From an uncultured Acidobacteriota bacterium (GTDB lineage Bacteria > Acidobacteriota > Thermoanaerobaculia > Multivoradales > UBA5704), in the NCBI GenBank assembly GCA_963700145.1, contig OY969474.1:480001-544000 (forward strand): a stretch of DNA of 64,000 nucleotides. The letters run 5' to 3'. The notes under the pieces were generated by a model. The model searched no databases. It was not told the origin of the DNA and worked only from the letters and a program-made list of their open reading frames with translations. How positions within the stretch are numbered: position 1 is the first letter of the stretch; each line of letters starts with the position of its first letter. Of this stretch, positions 59,636-64,000 are shown piece by piece. A program made the position numbers and the translations under genes.

Positions 59636-61248
59636 TCACGCCACGAGCGAGATCTGCGTGTCGACCCAACTCTGCAGCTCCGCGCCCGACAGCACCTCAC
59701 GCACCGCCGCGAGGTGCTGGACGAAGGGAATGTCGTCCTCGTAGCGCGGGATGCGGCCGGCGAACTCGTCGTGGAACTTGCGCAGCGGAGCGCTGAACGC
59801 GGCGCCGTCGAGGAAGTGGTAGGCCTGATGGCAGGACGCGGCGAGGATGGTCAGCACCGTCGAGACGTTGCGGGCGAGCTGCAGCGAGCGCCGGGCCGAG
59901 GTCATGCCCATGCTGACGACGTCCTGGTTCTGGCCGTTCGACGGCAGCGACTTGATGGAGGCAGGCGCCGCGAGGTCGAGGTTCTCGGCCGCGATGCTGG
60001 TGGCGAGGTACTGGCCGCCTTCGAACCCGCAGGCAAGACCCGGAGCGCCGTGGCTCAGGAACGGCGGCAGGGGCTTGTTCAGGTGGGGATCGAGAACGCG
60101 GTTGATCTGCCGCTCCGCGAGCACGCCGATTTCGGCGAGAGCCACGTTGAGGTGGTCGCAGGCCATGGCCACGTACTGGCCGTGGAAGTTGGCGCCGTGG
60201 AAGGTGTTGTCCGGGCTGTCGAAGATCAGCGGGTTGTCGTTGCAGGAGTTGACCTCTTCCTCGACGATCCGGCGGCAGAAGTCGAGGGTGTCCAGGACGG
60301 CGCCGAGGACCTGCGGCATGCTGCGGAGCGAATAGGCGTTCTGCAGATAGATGGTGCTGTCGAAGACCTCGCTCGACCCACCGCTCTTGGCGTGGATGGC
60401 GCGCATGATCTCGCCGTGCTCGCGGGTCAGCCGGCTCCCCGCGAGGAGCTGCCGCATCTCACGGGCGATCACGATCTGGCCGGAGTGGTTCTTGAGCACG
60501 TGGCCGCGCGGATCGAAGGGGCGGTCCGAAGCGCGCATGCACTGGACGATGTCGGCGGAGGTCAGGACGGCGAGCTTGAGCAGGCGGTAGGCCTCCACCA
60601 GAGCGAGACACGCGGCGCCGGTCATGGCCGAGGTGCCGTTGACGAGCGCGAGGCCTTCCTTGTACCCCAGCGTCGGCGGGGTGAGCCCGCGCTCCTGGAG
60701 CACCTCGGCCGTCGGACGCACCCGCCCGTCGGTCCGTACCAAGCCGCCGCCGATGACCGACAGCGCCATGTGGGAGAGGGGCGCCAGATCGCCGCTGGCG
60801 CCTAGCGACCCCTGCTGCGGGATCACCGGATGAATCCGTCCGTTGAGGAACTCACGCAGGAGCGTCAGGGCCGCCGGGCTGACGCCGGAGTACCCCTTGA
60901 TCAGGCAGTTCAGGCGCACCGTGAGAATGGCCCGCACCACGTGATCCTCGAGGGGCTCGCCGCCGCCTGCCGCGTGGGTGCGGATCAGGTTCTCCTGCAA
61001 CTGCGTCTTGAACGGCGCCGGGACGATCATGTGGATCATCTCGCCGAACCCGGTGTTGACGCCGTAGATCGGATACCCGGCCTCGCCCCATTCCTGGACG
61101 CGCTCGTGAGCACGGGCGACCGCGGCCAGCTGCGTCGGATCCAGATCGACTGTGTCTCCCTGCACGGCGGCGCGGTAGACGTCATAGATCGTCAGGTCTT
61201 CTCCCGTGAGGCTCACCGTCCCCATCGTTCTCGTCTCGTCGATTACGG

Positions 61249-61252
<4 letters not shown>
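59636..61252 (-). CDS. MIO-dependent tyrosine 2,3-aminomutase (aromatic ammonia-lyase family)
   Basis: YGVNTGFG, LQENLIRTHAAGGG, GASG MIO motif, NGTS, NDNP, HGANFHGQY, NQDVVSMG; GTGA-coupled to the upstream NRPS. Confidence 0.85.
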
Positions 61253-63999
<2,747 letters not shown>

Positions 64000-64000
64000 G

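Overview
High-GC bacterial chromosome segment. The duplicated orphan ABC permease and the 'RLCL.GGRF.VEV.WRDF' repeat domain suggest Acidobacteriota (Thermoanaerobaculia-like); this is inference. Bases 1-31.2 kb are mostly core genes (NCS2 permease, psd-pssA, rimI-tsaB, mutS-nagZ, metalloprotease, glutaminyl cyclase, rluD-lspA-thiE, def-cysS-yraN, three tRNAs). They are interrupted by (i) REP/REPIN-like hairpin elements, including a ~590-bp three-hairpin mosaic present twice in inverted orientation, (ii) a degenerate 21-bp tandem array, and (iii) a small accessory islet with a low-GC HEPN-like gene, a nucleotidyltransferase pair and a duplicated VOC gene 3' end. A lower-GC region starts 33 bp after tRNA-Cys and runs off the right edge. 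It carries a PLP aminotransferase, two transporters and a hybrid NRPS-PKS line with an embedded tyrosine 2,3-aminomutase. The predicted order is ...beta-Tyr - Ala extended by malonate and transaminated (3,4-diaminopentanoate) - Gly(+E) - Gly - D-X - A-less C-T-TE. This cluster is the strongest candidate for an undescribed system. All substrate calls are by-eye readings of signature residues and need computational confirmation.
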